The notes under the pieces were generated by a model, which made no database searches, had not been told where the DNA came from, and saw nothing but the letters and a program-made list of their open reading frames with translations. Both the position numbers and the translations under genes were made by a program. DNA of 39,467 nucleotides from Candidatus Woesearchaeota archaeon (GTDB lineage: Archaea > Nanobdellota > Nanobdellia > SCGC-AAA011-G17 > JAGVZF01), in the NCBI GenBank assembly GCA_016185565.1, contig JACPNH010000019.1:1-39467 (forward strand). The letters are read 5' to 3'. This document shows positions 1 through 9,615 of this stretch, piece by piece; positions within the stretch are counted from its first letter, which is position 1, and every line of letters begins with the position of its first letter.

Positions 1-505
1 GTATTTTACTAAAGGCCCTAGGAGTTCTGCATTGACCTTTAAAATTAATGGTATAAACATGCACTGTATTAAGGGTCATGAAATATGTACGCTTGCTATA
101 GAAGCTTTAAGATTAGCTAATTCAAGGAATGCTCATACAGCCATAGAGATATTCTTTTTGAATAATGATGAGAAAACAATTGCCGTTGAAGTGCCCTTAT
201 GGCTAGAGCCAAATGAAATAGCATATTTCAAGGATTTATTTAAAAGCGAGCATCCTTTAACTGGGCATATAGATATATTAAGACTTGAAGATAATAAAAT
301 TTGGATTTGGGATTATAAGCCTAATTCATCTCAAGAAATATATGCGGCTACGCAAACCTTCTTTTATGCATATATGCTTAGCAAAAGAACAAATATACCT
401 CTAGGGAATTTTAGATGCGGATATTTTGATAGCAATTGTGCCTATGTTTTTAAACCCGCACAGGCTTCTGTAATAAAAGATAATACCTTAATTGACTACT
501 TATAA
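1..505 (+). CDS. PD-(D/E)XK nuclease-family protein, 5'-truncated by the window edge
   Basis: The frame is open from base 2 (YFTKGPRSSALTF...), so the TTG at 32 is not the true start. Motifs E-V-P, GHIDIL...WDYKP and Q..FYAYML are typical of PD-(D/E)XK (RecB/Cas4-like) nucleases. Confidence 0.7.
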   Translation, partial: YFTKGPRSSALTFKINGINMHCIKGHEICTLAIEALRLANSRNAHTAIEIFFLNNDEKTIAVEVPLWLEPNEIAYFKDLFKSEHPLTGHIDILRLEDNKIWIWDYKPNSSQEIYAATQTFFYAYMLSKRTNIPLGNFRCGYFDSNCAYVFKPAQASVIKDNTLIDYL

Positions 506-540
506 ATACTTTTAAATATGTTACAAAATTGTTTATTTTT

Positions 541-3006
541 ATGGTAAAACTACAATTTTATCCCATAGATTTTGGTTATGAAACAAATATTAGTGGAAAG
601 GCTATAATACAAATATTTGGTAGAACCTTTGATGGGAAAAGAATATGCGTTTTTGATCATAACTTTTATCCTTATTTTTATTTAATCCCTAAGTCCAATA
701 TAGATGAAATTACTGATAAGATAAAAGAAATAAATATAGTAAACAAAGACGAATCATATTATGTTATAGAATCTGAGGTACAAAGTCTTAAATTTAACAA
801 TAAACAAGTTAAGGCTATAAGGGTAGTTGTTAACCATCCCAGATCAATTAGAGTTATAAAGAGATTTATAGAAGCAAATTTTAATAATATAGATTTTGGT
901 GAATCTGATATCCCGTTTATTAGAAAATATGTTCTAGACCATAAACTTGCTCCATTATCGTTAACAGAAATTGAAGGAAATTTAATAGAGAGGTCTGACT
1001 TGGCTATAGATTTTGGAATAAATATAGATTCTATAAGAAATCTGGATACAGAATTTTTTAATAATCCTAAAATATTGTCTTTTGACATAGAAGCTTATAC
1101 GCAAGAAAAACGTTATCCAATAAAAGAAAGGGATCCTATGATAATGATTGCGTTTTCGGGCAATGACGGTTTTAAGAAAGTTATAACCTGGAAGAAATTT
1201 AAGTCTTTAAATGAATCTATAGAATTTGTAGAAGATGAACAAAGTTTAATTAAAAAATTTCTATCAGTAATAAACGAGTATAAGCCCGATTATTTAGTAG
1301 GGTATTTTTCAGATGGTTTCGATTTTCCTTATATTTATGCCAGAGCTAGAAAATATGAAGTAAAACTAAATTTTAGAAATTCAAAATTAAAATTGGTGAG
1401 AAGAGGAAATTATGGCTCTGCTAAAATCAAAGGTATAGTCCATTTAGATATTTTCAAATTCATAAAATCAATTATGTCTGGTTCTTTGAGGCTGGAAAAT
1501 TATAGCTTGGGCATAGTAGCTTATGAGTTATTAAATGAAAAAAAACTTGATGCTAACATAGAAGATATAGGTATAGTCTGGGATGAAAATCCTAACCAAT
1601 TGGAAAAATTTTGTATGTACAACCTGCAAGATGCAGACTTAACGTTGAAATTATGTGAAAAAATATTGCCAAATCTAAATGAATTAGTTAAGTTAGTTGA
1701 TATACCTATTTATGATGTATGTAGAATGGGTTATAGCCAATTAGTAGACTCTTATTTGGTTAAAAGAGCAAAAGAATACAAAGAAATCTTCCCAAATAAA
1801 CCAGATTATGGTTTAGTATCGGAAAGAAGAACACATACCTATAAGGGGGCATTTGTTATAAATCCAGTACCTAAATTTTATCAGAATATAGCTGTTTTTG
1901 ATTTTCAATCATTATACCCTAGTATAATAGTAACGCATAATATAAGCCCAATTACCTTAGTTAATGAAAATGGACATACTACGCCAGAAATAGAATTAGA
2001 AGATGGAAGAAGAGTCGTTTATCATTTCTCTAAAGAAGAAGGGTTTATACCAGCTGTTATAAGAGACATAATCATAAGGCGACGAAGGGTAAAAGAGCTT
2101 TTAAAAGAGGATTTTTATAATCCAGTTTTAGAAGCTAGGAGCTATGCATTAAAAACTGTGATGAATGCCACTTATGGTTATTTTGGTTTTTTTGGGGCGA
2201 GGTGGTATTCAAAAGAAACTGCAGAGGCAATTACAGCTTATGGAAGAAAATATATCCAAGATGTAATAAAAGAAGCGCAGAGACATAATTTTGACGTTAT
2301 TTATTCTGATACAGATTCTATATTTTTAGATTTAGAGAACAAAACTAAAGAAGACAGTTTAAAATTTTTAGAAGAGGTAAATAGAAAATTACCAGGATTT
2401 ATGGAGCTGGAGCTAGAGAACTTTTATATAAGGGGCATATTTGTTATGAAGAAAAATGAAGCTACTGGTGCTAAGAAAAAATACGCTTTAATCTCTGAAG
2501 ATGGAAGAATTAAAGTTAGGGGTTTTGAAACCATTAGAAGAGATTGGTCATCTATAGCAAGGGAAGTTCAAAGGGAAGTACTTAATTTTTTATTAAAAGA
2601 AAATTCTCCAGAAAAGGCTTTTGATTATGTAAAGAAAGTTATTACTGGTATAAGGAATAAAATAGTAGATAAAGAAAAAATGATTATACAAACTCAATTA
2701 AAGAAGAACATAGAACATTATGATTTGTTAAGTCCGCATGTAACTGTGGCTAAAAAAATGAAAGAAATGGGTTATTATGTTGTTCCTGGTGCTATAATAA
2801 ACTATATTGTAGCTCCTGGAAAGGGCAGGATAATGGACAGGGCAATGCTGCCAAATGAAACAGAAGATTATGATGCGGAATATTACATCAATAATCAAAT
2901 TATTCCAGCAGTAGACAGGATTTTTGATGCACTTGGCTACAATATAGAAGAGCTATTGAAAGGAAAAGAACAAAGCAGCCTAAAAAGTTTTTTTAAAAAT
3001 GAGTAA
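541..3006 (+). CDS. polB: Family B DNA polymerase
   Basis: Exonuclease motifs SFDIEAY, GFDFPY and YNLQD; polymerase motifs DFQSLYPSII, K..MNATYG and YSDTDS; C-terminal PIP box QSSLKSFF. No intein. ATG at 541 preferred over TTG at 529. Confidence 0.97.
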   Translation: MVKLQFYPIDFGYETNISGKAIIQIFGRTFDGKRICVFDHNFYPYFYLIPKSNIDEITDKIKEINIVNKDESYYVIESEVQSLKFNNKQVKAIRVVVNHPRSIRVIKRFIEANFNNIDFGESDIPFIRKYVLDHKLAPLSLTEIEGNLIERSDLAIDFGINIDSIRNLDTEFFNNPKILSFDIEAYTQEKRYPIKERDPMIMIAFSGNDGFKKVITWKKFKSLNESIEFVEDEQSLIKKFLSVINEYKPDYLVGYFSDGFDFPYIYARARKYEVKLNFRNSKLKLVRRGNYGSAKIKGIVHLDIFKFIKSIMSGSLRLENYSLGIVAYELLNEKKLDANIEDIGIVWDENPNQLEKFCMYNLQDADLTLKLCEKILPNLNELVKLVDIPIYDVCRMGYSQLVDSYLVKRAKEYKEIFPNKPDYGLVSERRTHTYKGAFVINPVPKFYQNIAVFDFQSLYPSIIVTHNISPITLVNENGHTTPEIELEDGRRVVYHFSKEEGFIPAVIRDIIIRRRRVKELLKEDFYNPVLEARSYALKTVMNATYGYFGFFGARWYSKETAEAITAYGRKYIQDVIKEAQRHNFDVIYSDTDSIFLDLENKTKEDSLKFLEEVNRKLPGFMELELENFYIRGIFVMKKNEATGAKKKYALISEDGRIKVRGFETIRRDWSSIAREVQREVLNFLLKENSPEKAFDYVKKVITGIRNKIVDKEKMIIQTQLKKNIEHYDLLSPHVTVAKKMKEMGYYVVPGAIINYIVAPGKGRIMDRAMLPNETEDYDAEYYINNQIIPAVDRIFDALGYNIEELLKGKEQSSLKSFFKNE

Positions 3007-3892
3007 TGAGCAAAATTTTGAAGACTATAAAAAGGCAGGTAAAATAGCTGCTGAGGTTAGAGAGTTTGCAAAAAAAATAGTTAAGGTAGATGGTTCTTTA
3101 TTAGAAGCTACAGAATTAATAGAGCAGCAAATTATAAAACTTGGAGGAAGGCCGGCTTTTCCAATTGACATGTCTTTAAATAATATTGCTGCGCATTATT
3201 CTGCAACAATAAACGATAAAACAGTATTTAAAGAAAATAATTTAGTTAAGGTAGACATAGGAGTGCATATTAATGGAGCGGTGGCAGATACTGCTGTTTC
3301 TATAGATCTTGGAAATAACAGGGAGTTAATTAAGGCTGCTGAACTTGCTTTGTTAGAAGCCCTGAAATTGGTGAAGCCTGGTATAAAAATTCTCGAAATT
3401 GGAGCTGTTATTCAACAGACAATTCAAGATTTTGGGTTTTCTCCTATAAGAAATCTTTCTGGACATGGCTTAGAATTGTATAAGGTACACACTAAACCAA
3501 ATATTCCTAATATAAATAATGGGGATAAAAATATTCTACAAGAGAATCAGATAATTGCAATAGAACCATTTGCTACAAATGGGGCTGGGTTAATTATTAA
3601 TGGAAAGCCAAGTGAAATTTATGAATTAAAAATCAAAAAACCAATTAGAAATCAAAGTGCAAGGAAATTATTGAGTTTTATAGAACAAGAATACAGGACA
3701 TTGCCTTTTAATAAAAGGTGGCTGCTTAATAAATTTAACAATTTAGATGTGAGTTTAGGGCTCTCATTACTAGAAAGAGAGGGTATATTGTATCAGTATT
3801 CTATATTACCTGAGAAAAATGATGGTATAGTTAGTCAGGCTGAACACACGGTAATTGTAAAAGATGATTCCATTATAACAACAAATTTGTAA
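2999..3892 (+). CDS. map: Methionine aminopeptidase type II
   Basis: [32 protein letters not shown] and SQAEHT motifs, plus the type II helical insert. Confidence 0.96.
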   Translation: MSNEQNFEDYKKAGKIAAEVREFAKKIVKVDGSLLEATELIEQQIIKLGGRPAFPIDMSLNNIAAHYSATINDKTVFKENNLVKVDIGVHINGAVADTAVSIDLGNNRELIKAAELALLEALKLVKPGIKILEIGAVIQQTIQDFGFSPIRNLSGHGLELYKVHTKPNIPNINNGDKNILQENQIIAIEPFATNGAGLIINGKPSEIYELKIKKPIRNQSARKLLSFIEQEYRTLPFNKRWLLNKFNNLDVSLGLSLLEREGILYQYSILPEKNDGIVSQAEHTVIVKDDSIITTNL

Positions 3893-3893
3893 T

Positions 3894-3908
3894 AAAAACC
3901 TTTATAAA
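3894..3908 (+). promoter_or_regulatory. Archaeal BRE/TATA promoter of the aIF-1A operon
   Basis: AAAAACC-TTTATAAA lies about 25 nt upstream of the ATG at 3933, consistent with a leaderless transcript. Confidence 0.6.
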
Positions 3909-3932
3909 CACTTTTTTAGGATAAGTAACAAA

Positions 3933-4280
3933 ATGAGAGACGAAGAATTTTTTGATGAACAGCAAGGGGATATAGAAGGTCAGGAGTTTTTAAGAGTTAG
4001 AACTCCTAGAGGAAAAGAAACCCTTGGTATAGTAGAACAAAGACTCGGGGCATCAAGAATGAACATAAAATGCTTTGATGGAAAGATAAGAATTTGCAGA
4101 ATTCCAGGCAGATTAAAAAGAAAACTATGGGTGAGAGAAGGGGATGTTGTTTTAGTAGAGCCATGGGAACTTGGAGGGGATGAAAAGGGAGACATAATTT
4201 ATAAATACAAAAAAAACCAAGTGCAATGGTTGCAAAATAGAGGCTATATTAAATCAGTAGAAGAATCTGAAGAATTCTAG
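3933..4280 (+). CDS. eif1a: Translation initiation factor aIF-1A
   Basis: GIVEQRLG...[30 protein letters not shown]...[10 protein letters not shown]-fold signature. Confidence 0.97.
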   Translation: MRDEEFFDEQQGDIEGQEFLRVRTPRGKETLGIVEQRLGASRMNIKCFDGKIRICRIPGRLKRKLWVREGDVVLVEPWELGGDEKGDIIYKYKKNQVQWLQNRGYIKSVEESEEF

Positions 4281-4282
4281 AT

Positions 4283-4825
4283 ATGTATGAGGATCAGTTA
4301 AAAATAAATAAGGATAGAATTCCAATTTTAATTGGAAAAAATGGGTCTGTTAAAAAACAAATAGAGATAAAAACACAAACAAAAATAACAATTGATTCTA
4401 AAGAAGGCGATATTTTTATTAGAGGTAATGAATCATATGAGGTTTATATAGCAAAAATTATTGTTCTGGCCATTTCTCGGGGATTTAATCCTGATATTGC
4501 ATTGATGTTGAAAAATGAAAATACTATTTTAGAGATACTTGATATCAAAGATTATGCAGGGCGGTCTAAAACAAAAATAATTAGGGCTAAGTCAAGAGTG
4601 ATAGGCACTAAGGGCAAATCAAAAAAATTAATAGAGCAATTGACTGATACTGATGTATGTGTTTATGGAAAGACTATATCTATAATTGGCAAAGTAGAAA
4701 ACGCTATTATGGCGAGGAGAGCAGTTGAAATGTTGCTTGGAGGCTCTAAACATGGGAATGTGTACAGCTGGTTAGAAAAACAGCAACATCATCTTAGAGA
4801 GCAAAAACATTTAAACAATTATTAA
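4283..4825 (+). CDS. KH-domain rRNA-processing protein (Dim2/Pno1/Krr1 family)
   Basis: Two KH GxxG motifs (LIGKNG, VIGTKG), AISRGF and G.KHGNVY; canonical position after aIF-1A. Confidence 0.93.
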   Translation: MYEDQLKINKDRIPILIGKNGSVKKQIEIKTQTKITIDSKEGDIFIRGNESYEVYIAKIIVLAISRGFNPDIALMLKNENTILEILDIKDYAGRSKTKIIRAKSRVIGTKGKSKKLIEQLTDTDVCVYGKTISIIGKVENAIMARRAVEMLLGGSKHGNVYSWLEKQQHHLREQKHLNNY

Positions 4826-4833
4826 TACATTTA

Positions 4834-5733
4834 TTAATACATTTCTTCCAGACGCTTAATACGTGAATCTATGGGTGGGTGGGTGGAAAATAAATTGTTA
4901 AAATTGCCGCCTAAGTTTCTTAATGGGTTTTCTATATATAGGTGGGCTGTTGCTTTATTAGCAGTGTCTACCATTTTGTCTTTGTCATTTTTTATTTTTT
5001 TTAATGCATTAGCCAGTCCATGTGGATTTCTGTTCAATAAAGCGCCGTCTGCATCAGCAAGATATTCACGTTGCCTAGAAACAGCAAATTTTATTAGCTG
5101 GGCAATTAAAGGTGCTAAAATTGCTAGAATAGCACCAATAAGTACTGCGATTATTAATATGCCTCCACTACCTCTTTGATGTTTTTGTCTAGGAGACCAC
5201 AAAAAGCTTCTTAACAAAAAATCGCTTAATAAAGCAATTATCCCCACCAATATAGCAATTAGCATCATTAGTCTTACGTCATAGTTTTTTATATGGCTTA
5301 ATTCATGTGCAATAACACCTTCAAGCTCCTCACGGTTCATATTTTTTCTTAATCCGCTGGTGACTGTTACAGATGCGTGCTTATAGTCACGGCCTGTGGC
5401 AAATGCATTCATAGAATTTTCTTGAATAATGTATACTTTTGGTGTTGGAATTCCTGAGGCAATAGCAAGGCCTTCTACTGTGTTGACTAAATAAGGATCG
5501 TCTTTTTTGGTTACTTCTTTAGCATTACTCATGGCTAAAATTAATTTGTCACCAGAATAATAGCCAATAAGAATCATTATTAATGATATAATAAACGCTA
5601 CTAATAATCCAAAAGTTGCGGTAGCAAAGATATAGCCAAGAATATAACCTAGGACCATAATAATAACCAAGAATGAAAATATCAACAAATATGAATTTCT
5701 TTTGTTCTTAGAAACTTGTTCATAGATGTTCAT
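4834..5733 (-). CDS. htpX: M48 zinc metalloprotease HtpX (LemA-associated)
   Basis: NAFATG, HELSH, SRQREYLAD and STHPP motifs; multiple TM helices; downstream of lemA. Confidence 0.95.
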   Translation of the reverse strand: MNIYEQVSKNKRNSYLLIFSFLVIIMVLGYILGYIFATATFGLLVAFIISLIMILIGYYSGDKLILAMSNAKEVTKKDDPYLVNTVEGLAIASGIPTPKVYIIQENSMNAFATGRDYKHASVTVTSGLRKNMNREELEGVIAHELSHIKNYDVRLMMLIAILVGIIALLSDFLLRSFLWSPRQKHQRGSGGILIIAVLIGAILAILAPLIAQLIKFAVSRQREYLADADGALLNRNPHGLANALKKIKNDKDKMVDTANKATAHLYIENPLRNLGGNFNNLFSTHPPIDSRIKRLEEMY

Positions 5734-6298
5734 CTTTTTTCTTGTAAAGTTTTTTGTAGCCTATCCAAAGCACGATTAACAGCTCTAAAAATAATATTAT
5801 CACTCTTATGTATTTATTCTGCTCCATCAGGAACCTCATGGTTGCATAAAATAAAGTGGCTATTCCACCATACATAAAGCCAGAGCCTATAAATTCTATT
5901 TTAAATAAGACCCCAAAAACTATTGCTACGATTCCGATTAAGGCGATTATTATAAATGAAAGGTTGCTATGCTTTTTTGTTGCATCTTCGAGATATTTTT
6001 GGCAATAATCGCACTTAGCAAAAATAGGACATTTATCTTTTGTGTAATTGAAAAGAGGCTGGCCTTTTTCATTGTAACAGTTTTTTACTTCTTGTGTTTC
6101 GTATACATAGTTGCAGCTTTCGTTTACTATTTCAGCTAGATATGGTTTTTCATAAGGACGATAAGGGCCGCTAATAGTGTAGTTGCAGTAAACATCATAC
6201 TTTGGAGTTTCGTAAAATGCTTCCATTGAAACTATAACAAGGGCAGTGAAAATAACAGCTATTCCAACTATTATAGCTATTTGTTTTATATCTGCCAT
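5720..6298 (-). CDS. Membrane protein (about 4 TM) with a Cys-containing extracellular loop
   Basis: N-terminal TM, a loop with six Cys, and three C-terminal hydrophobic helices; lies within the lemA-htpX operon. Confidence 0.75.
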   Translation of the reverse strand: MADIKQIAIIVGIAVIFTALVIVSMEAFYETPKYDVYCNYTISGPYRPYEKPYLAEIVNESCNYVYETQEVKNCYNEKGQPLFNYTKDKCPIFAKCDYCQKYLEDATKKHSNLSFIIIALIGIVAIVFGVLFKIEFIGSGFMYGGIATLFYATMRFLMEQNKYIRVIILFLELLIVLWIGYKKLYKKKDEHL

Positions 6299-6300
6299 TT

Positions 6301-6861
6301 TCAGAATTTTACTTTGACTGGCTTTTTTGCCTCGCTTTCTGCTTCAAAGAATTCATATTGCTCTTTGAAATTGAACATTCCAGCCATAACATTCCCAGGG
6401 AAGCTTTGTCTTGAGTTGTTGTAGCTTAAAACATTTTGGTTATAGAATTGTCTTGAGAATGCTATTTTGTTTTCAGTGGCAGAAAGCTCTTCTTGTAACA
6501 TCTGGAAATTTTCAGTAGCCCTTAATTGAGGATAGTTTTCTGCTACTGCGAATATAGTCTTTAAGGCTCCTGCAAGCGTATTTTCTATTCTTGCCTTTTC
6601 TTTTAAGGAAGTGGCTTTTAACATCGAGGCTCGGGCGTTAGTTATTTCTGTCAAGGTTTCACGCTCATGCTTCATATAGCCCTTTACTGTCTCTACTAGA
6701 TTCGGTATTAAATCATAACGTCTTTTAAGCTGAACATCGATCTGACTCAATGCTTCTGATATTCTGTTTCTTAATACTATAAATCTATTATAGACTGCAA
6801 TAAACCATATTATTAGGATTGCGATAATAGCTATTATAATCCATAATACTATATTTGCCAT
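6301..6861 (-). CDS. lemA: LemA family protein
   Basis: N-terminal TM, SQIDVQLKRRYDLIPNLVETVKGY, AVAENYPQL and ENKIAFSRQFYN. Confidence 0.96.
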   Translation of the reverse strand: MANIVLWIIIAIIAILIIWFIAVYNRFIVLRNRISEALSQIDVQLKRRYDLIPNLVETVKGYMKHERETLTEITNARASMLKATSLKEKARIENTLAGALKTIFAVAENYPQLRATENFQMLQEELSATENKIAFSRQFYNQNVLSYNNSRQSFPGNVMAGMFNFKEQYEFFEAESEAKKPVKVKF

Positions 6862-6944
6862 GTTTTAAGGCTCTATAACCCAATATTTAAAGCTTTTTGT
6901 TTTTAGCAACAAATTTTATAAAGGCTTGAAATTTAATTGAGAAA

Positions 6945-8549
6945 ATGGCAGAGGAAAAAAAAGAGCCGATAGCAATCGAACTTGCAAAGAAACAGAGAGA
7001 GATATCTATATCAGAATTCTTCACAAAAAACAGGCATCTTCTTGGCTTCGATAACCCTACAAGGGCTTTAATGATGACAGTGAAGGAGTGTGCTGATAAC
7101 GCACTAGACGCAACAACTGAAATGAAAATTCTTCCTGAAGTTATAGTGAAAATAGACCAGTTAGCAGAAGATAGATTTAAAATTACAGTTGAGGATAATG
7201 GTCCTGGAATTGTCAAGAAACAGATACCAAATGTATTTGCAAGATTACTTTATGGAAGTAAGTTTCATACCTATAAGCAACAAAGAGGCCAACAAGGTTT
7301 GGGCGTCTCAGCAGCATTGCTCTATTCACAATTAACCACAGGAAAACCAACTAAAATTACTTCAAAAATAGATCCTAAAAAGCCAGCCCATTACTATGAA
7401 CTTGGAATTAATACCAAAACTAATGAGCCAGAAATATTTGAAGAGAGGGATATAGAATGGGAAAAAGATCATGGGACAAAAATAGAACTTGAAATAGAAG
7501 CAAAATACCAAAAAGGAAAGCAGAGTGTTGATGAATATATTAAGCAGGCAGCAATTTCAAACCCACATGCACATATAATTTACACTACACCAGAAGGAGA
7601 AAAAGTAGAATATATCAGGGCTACTAATGAACTGCCTAAGGAAAGCAAAGAAATAAAGCCTCATCCCCATGGCATAGAGCTGGGAATATTAATAAAGATG
7701 TTGCATGATACAACAGCTAATACAGTACAAGGATTTTTACAAAATGATTTTTCTAGAATAGGGCCTGGAACTGCTAAAGAAATAATAGATGATGCTAGAC
7801 TTTCTATAAATAAGCCAAAGAATTTAGAAAGAGAAGACATAGAAAGGTTGTTTAATACTTTACAAAATGCAAAAGTTATTGCCCCTCCGACAGATTGCTT
7901 AAGTCCGATTGGACAAGAAACTTTAGAAAAAGGATTAAGAAAAGAGATAAATGCTGATTTTTATGTTACTACCACAAGACCCCCTACAGTTTATAGAGGC
8001 TTTCCTTTTCAAATAGAAACAGCAATAGTTTTTGGTGGCGAACTTGAAAAGGAGGCTCAAGTCAGATTGTTAAGATTTGCAAACAGAGTTCCTTTATTGT
8101 ATCAGCAAGGAGCTTGTGCAATTACAGAAGCTGTAATGCAGACAAACTGGAAGTCATATGGATTGCAGCAGTCCGGTGAAAATCTACCAATAGGACCAGC
8201 AGTTATAGTAGTTCATATGGCTTCGGTGTGGGTTCCATTTACGAGCGAGGCTAAAGAAGCCATAGCTCATTATGATGAGATAATAAAGGAAATTAAGCTG
8301 GCATTACAAGAATGCGGAAGAAAACTTGCTTCTTATATAAGACATAATGTAAGGGCTGAGGAGCAGAAAGAAAGAATAAGCTTGTTTGAGAAATATATAC
8401 CGGAGCTTGCACAGTCTTTAAGTGTTTTAAGCGGAGAAAAGAAATTTAGCATAGAAGAAAATCTAAGGAAAATCTTGAAGAAAAACATGTCTATGCTGCT
8501 GGAAGAAAACGGATTGAATGAAAATGACAAAGAAGCAAATAAAAAGTAA
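6945..8549 (+). CDS. top6B: DNA topoisomerase VI subunit B
   Basis: GHKL motifs (E..DNALDA, EDNGPGI, GSKF...RGQQGLG), H2TH domain, RFANRVPL and VPFTSEAKEAIA. Confidence 0.97.
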   Translation: MAEEKKEPIAIELAKKQREISISEFFTKNRHLLGFDNPTRALMMTVKECADNALDATTEMKILPEVIVKIDQLAEDRFKITVEDNGPGIVKKQIPNVFARLLYGSKFHTYKQQRGQQGLGVSAALLYSQLTTGKPTKITSKIDPKKPAHYYELGINTKTNEPEIFEERDIEWEKDHGTKIELEIEAKYQKGKQSVDEYIKQAAISNPHAHIIYTTPEGEKVEYIRATNELPKESKEIKPHPHGIELGILIKMLHDTTANTVQGFLQNDFSRIGPGTAKEIIDDARLSINKPKNLEREDIERLFNTLQNAKVIAPPTDCLSPIGQETLEKGLRKEINADFYVTTTRPPTVYRGFPFQIETAIVFGGELEKEAQVRLLRFANRVPLLYQQGACAITEAVMQTNWKSYGLQQSGENLPIGPAVIVVHMASVWVPFTSEAKEAIAHYDEIIKEIKLALQECGRKLASYIRHNVRAEEQKERISLFEKYIPELAQSLSVLSGEKKFSIEENLRKILKKNMSMLLEENGLNENDKEANKK

Positions 8550-9615
8550 GGAGGAATTGGAGTTTTTCGGAAAGAAATTAGTTGATCAGGTTGATAAAGG
8601 AAAAAATCCCGAAATAAAATTTACTCTGAGAAATTTAAGCAATATTGTATTTGACAAAAAATCTGAGACGTTAAAACTTGGAGACAAGACTGGTTCTAGG
8701 TCATTTTTTAATGTTGCACACTCAAAAAAATTCTTGCAAACTGTTGAGGTGGCTAGTATAATAAAAAAAGAGTTGCTTGAATCTGGGAAACACGAACATT
8801 TGAGAGGAATTTTCTATATGAGCAAAAGAACGATTCCAGGAACTAATGTGAACATAGTTGATGATCAAATAGAAAGCGATAAATCCATCGAGGATCTCGA
8901 GGTCATAACAGGATTGTCTAGAGAGCAAATGCATGTATCCGCAAATAAGATGGGGAGCATGATAGGCAATGTAATCCTCGAAGATTCAGGTGATACAATT
9001 GATTGCAGCAAACTTGGCAAGGGAGGATATTCTATACCCTCTATTACTGACGAGCTTGAGTTTAAGAAAATAAAAGCAAAATATGTTCTTTATATGGAAA
9101 AAGCATCTACTTTTGAAAGGCTTGCTGAAGACAAGTTCTGGGACAAAAATGATGCAATAATTATAACTTCACAAGGCCAAACTACTAGAGGCATTAGGAG
9201 ACTATTACAGAGAATTTCTGAAGAAGAAAATCTCCCTATTTATGTTTTAGTAGATAATGATCCTTGGGGGTATTATATCTACTCTGTAATTAAATATGGA
9301 TCAATAGCACTTGCCTTTGCTTCAGAGAGACTTACTATACCTAATGTAAAATTTATAGGAATTTCTTGCGATGATATAATAAAATATGATCTGAAAAGAC
9401 AACTTATTAAGTTTACAGACCAAGACAGGACTAGATTAAAACAGATTACGGATTATGAATGGTTTAGAAATAATAAAGACTGGCAAAGACAATTTAAAAT
9501 GATGAAATATAATGACTCTAAGGTTGAAATTCAGGCATTAAGTTCTAAAGGAATAAGTTTTATTAGTGATATATATTTAGTTAATAAAATAAAAAATAAA
9601 GAATTCTTAGACTAA
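8518..9615 (+). CDS. top6A: DNA topoisomerase VI subunit A
   Basis: Catalytic-Tyr motif LRGIFY, TOPRIM motifs MEK and DNDPWG, and K.EIQAL; overlaps the end of top6B. Confidence 0.95.
   Translation: MKMTKKQIKSKEELEFFGKKLVDQVDKGKNPEIKFTLRNLSNIVFDKKSETLKLGDKTGSRSFFNVAHSKKFLQTVEVASIIKKELLESGKHEHLRGIFYMSKRTIPGTNVNIVDDQIESDKSIEDLEVITGLSREQMHVSANKMGSMIGNVILEDSGDTIDCSKLGKGGYSIPSITDELEFKKIKAKYVLYMEKASTFERLAEDKFWDKNDAIIITSQGQTTRGIRRLLQRISEEENLPIYVLVDNDPWGYYIYSVIKYGSIALAFASERLTIPNVKFIGISCDDIIKYDLKRQLIKFTDQDRTRLKQITDYEWFRNNKDWQRQFKMMKYNDSKVEIQALSSKGISFISDIYLVNKIKNKEFLD

Noticed and set aside
541-3006. Intein in PolB (or in Top6)
   Set aside because: Lengths and motif spacing are normal, with no C/S...HN-C/S/T splice junctions.
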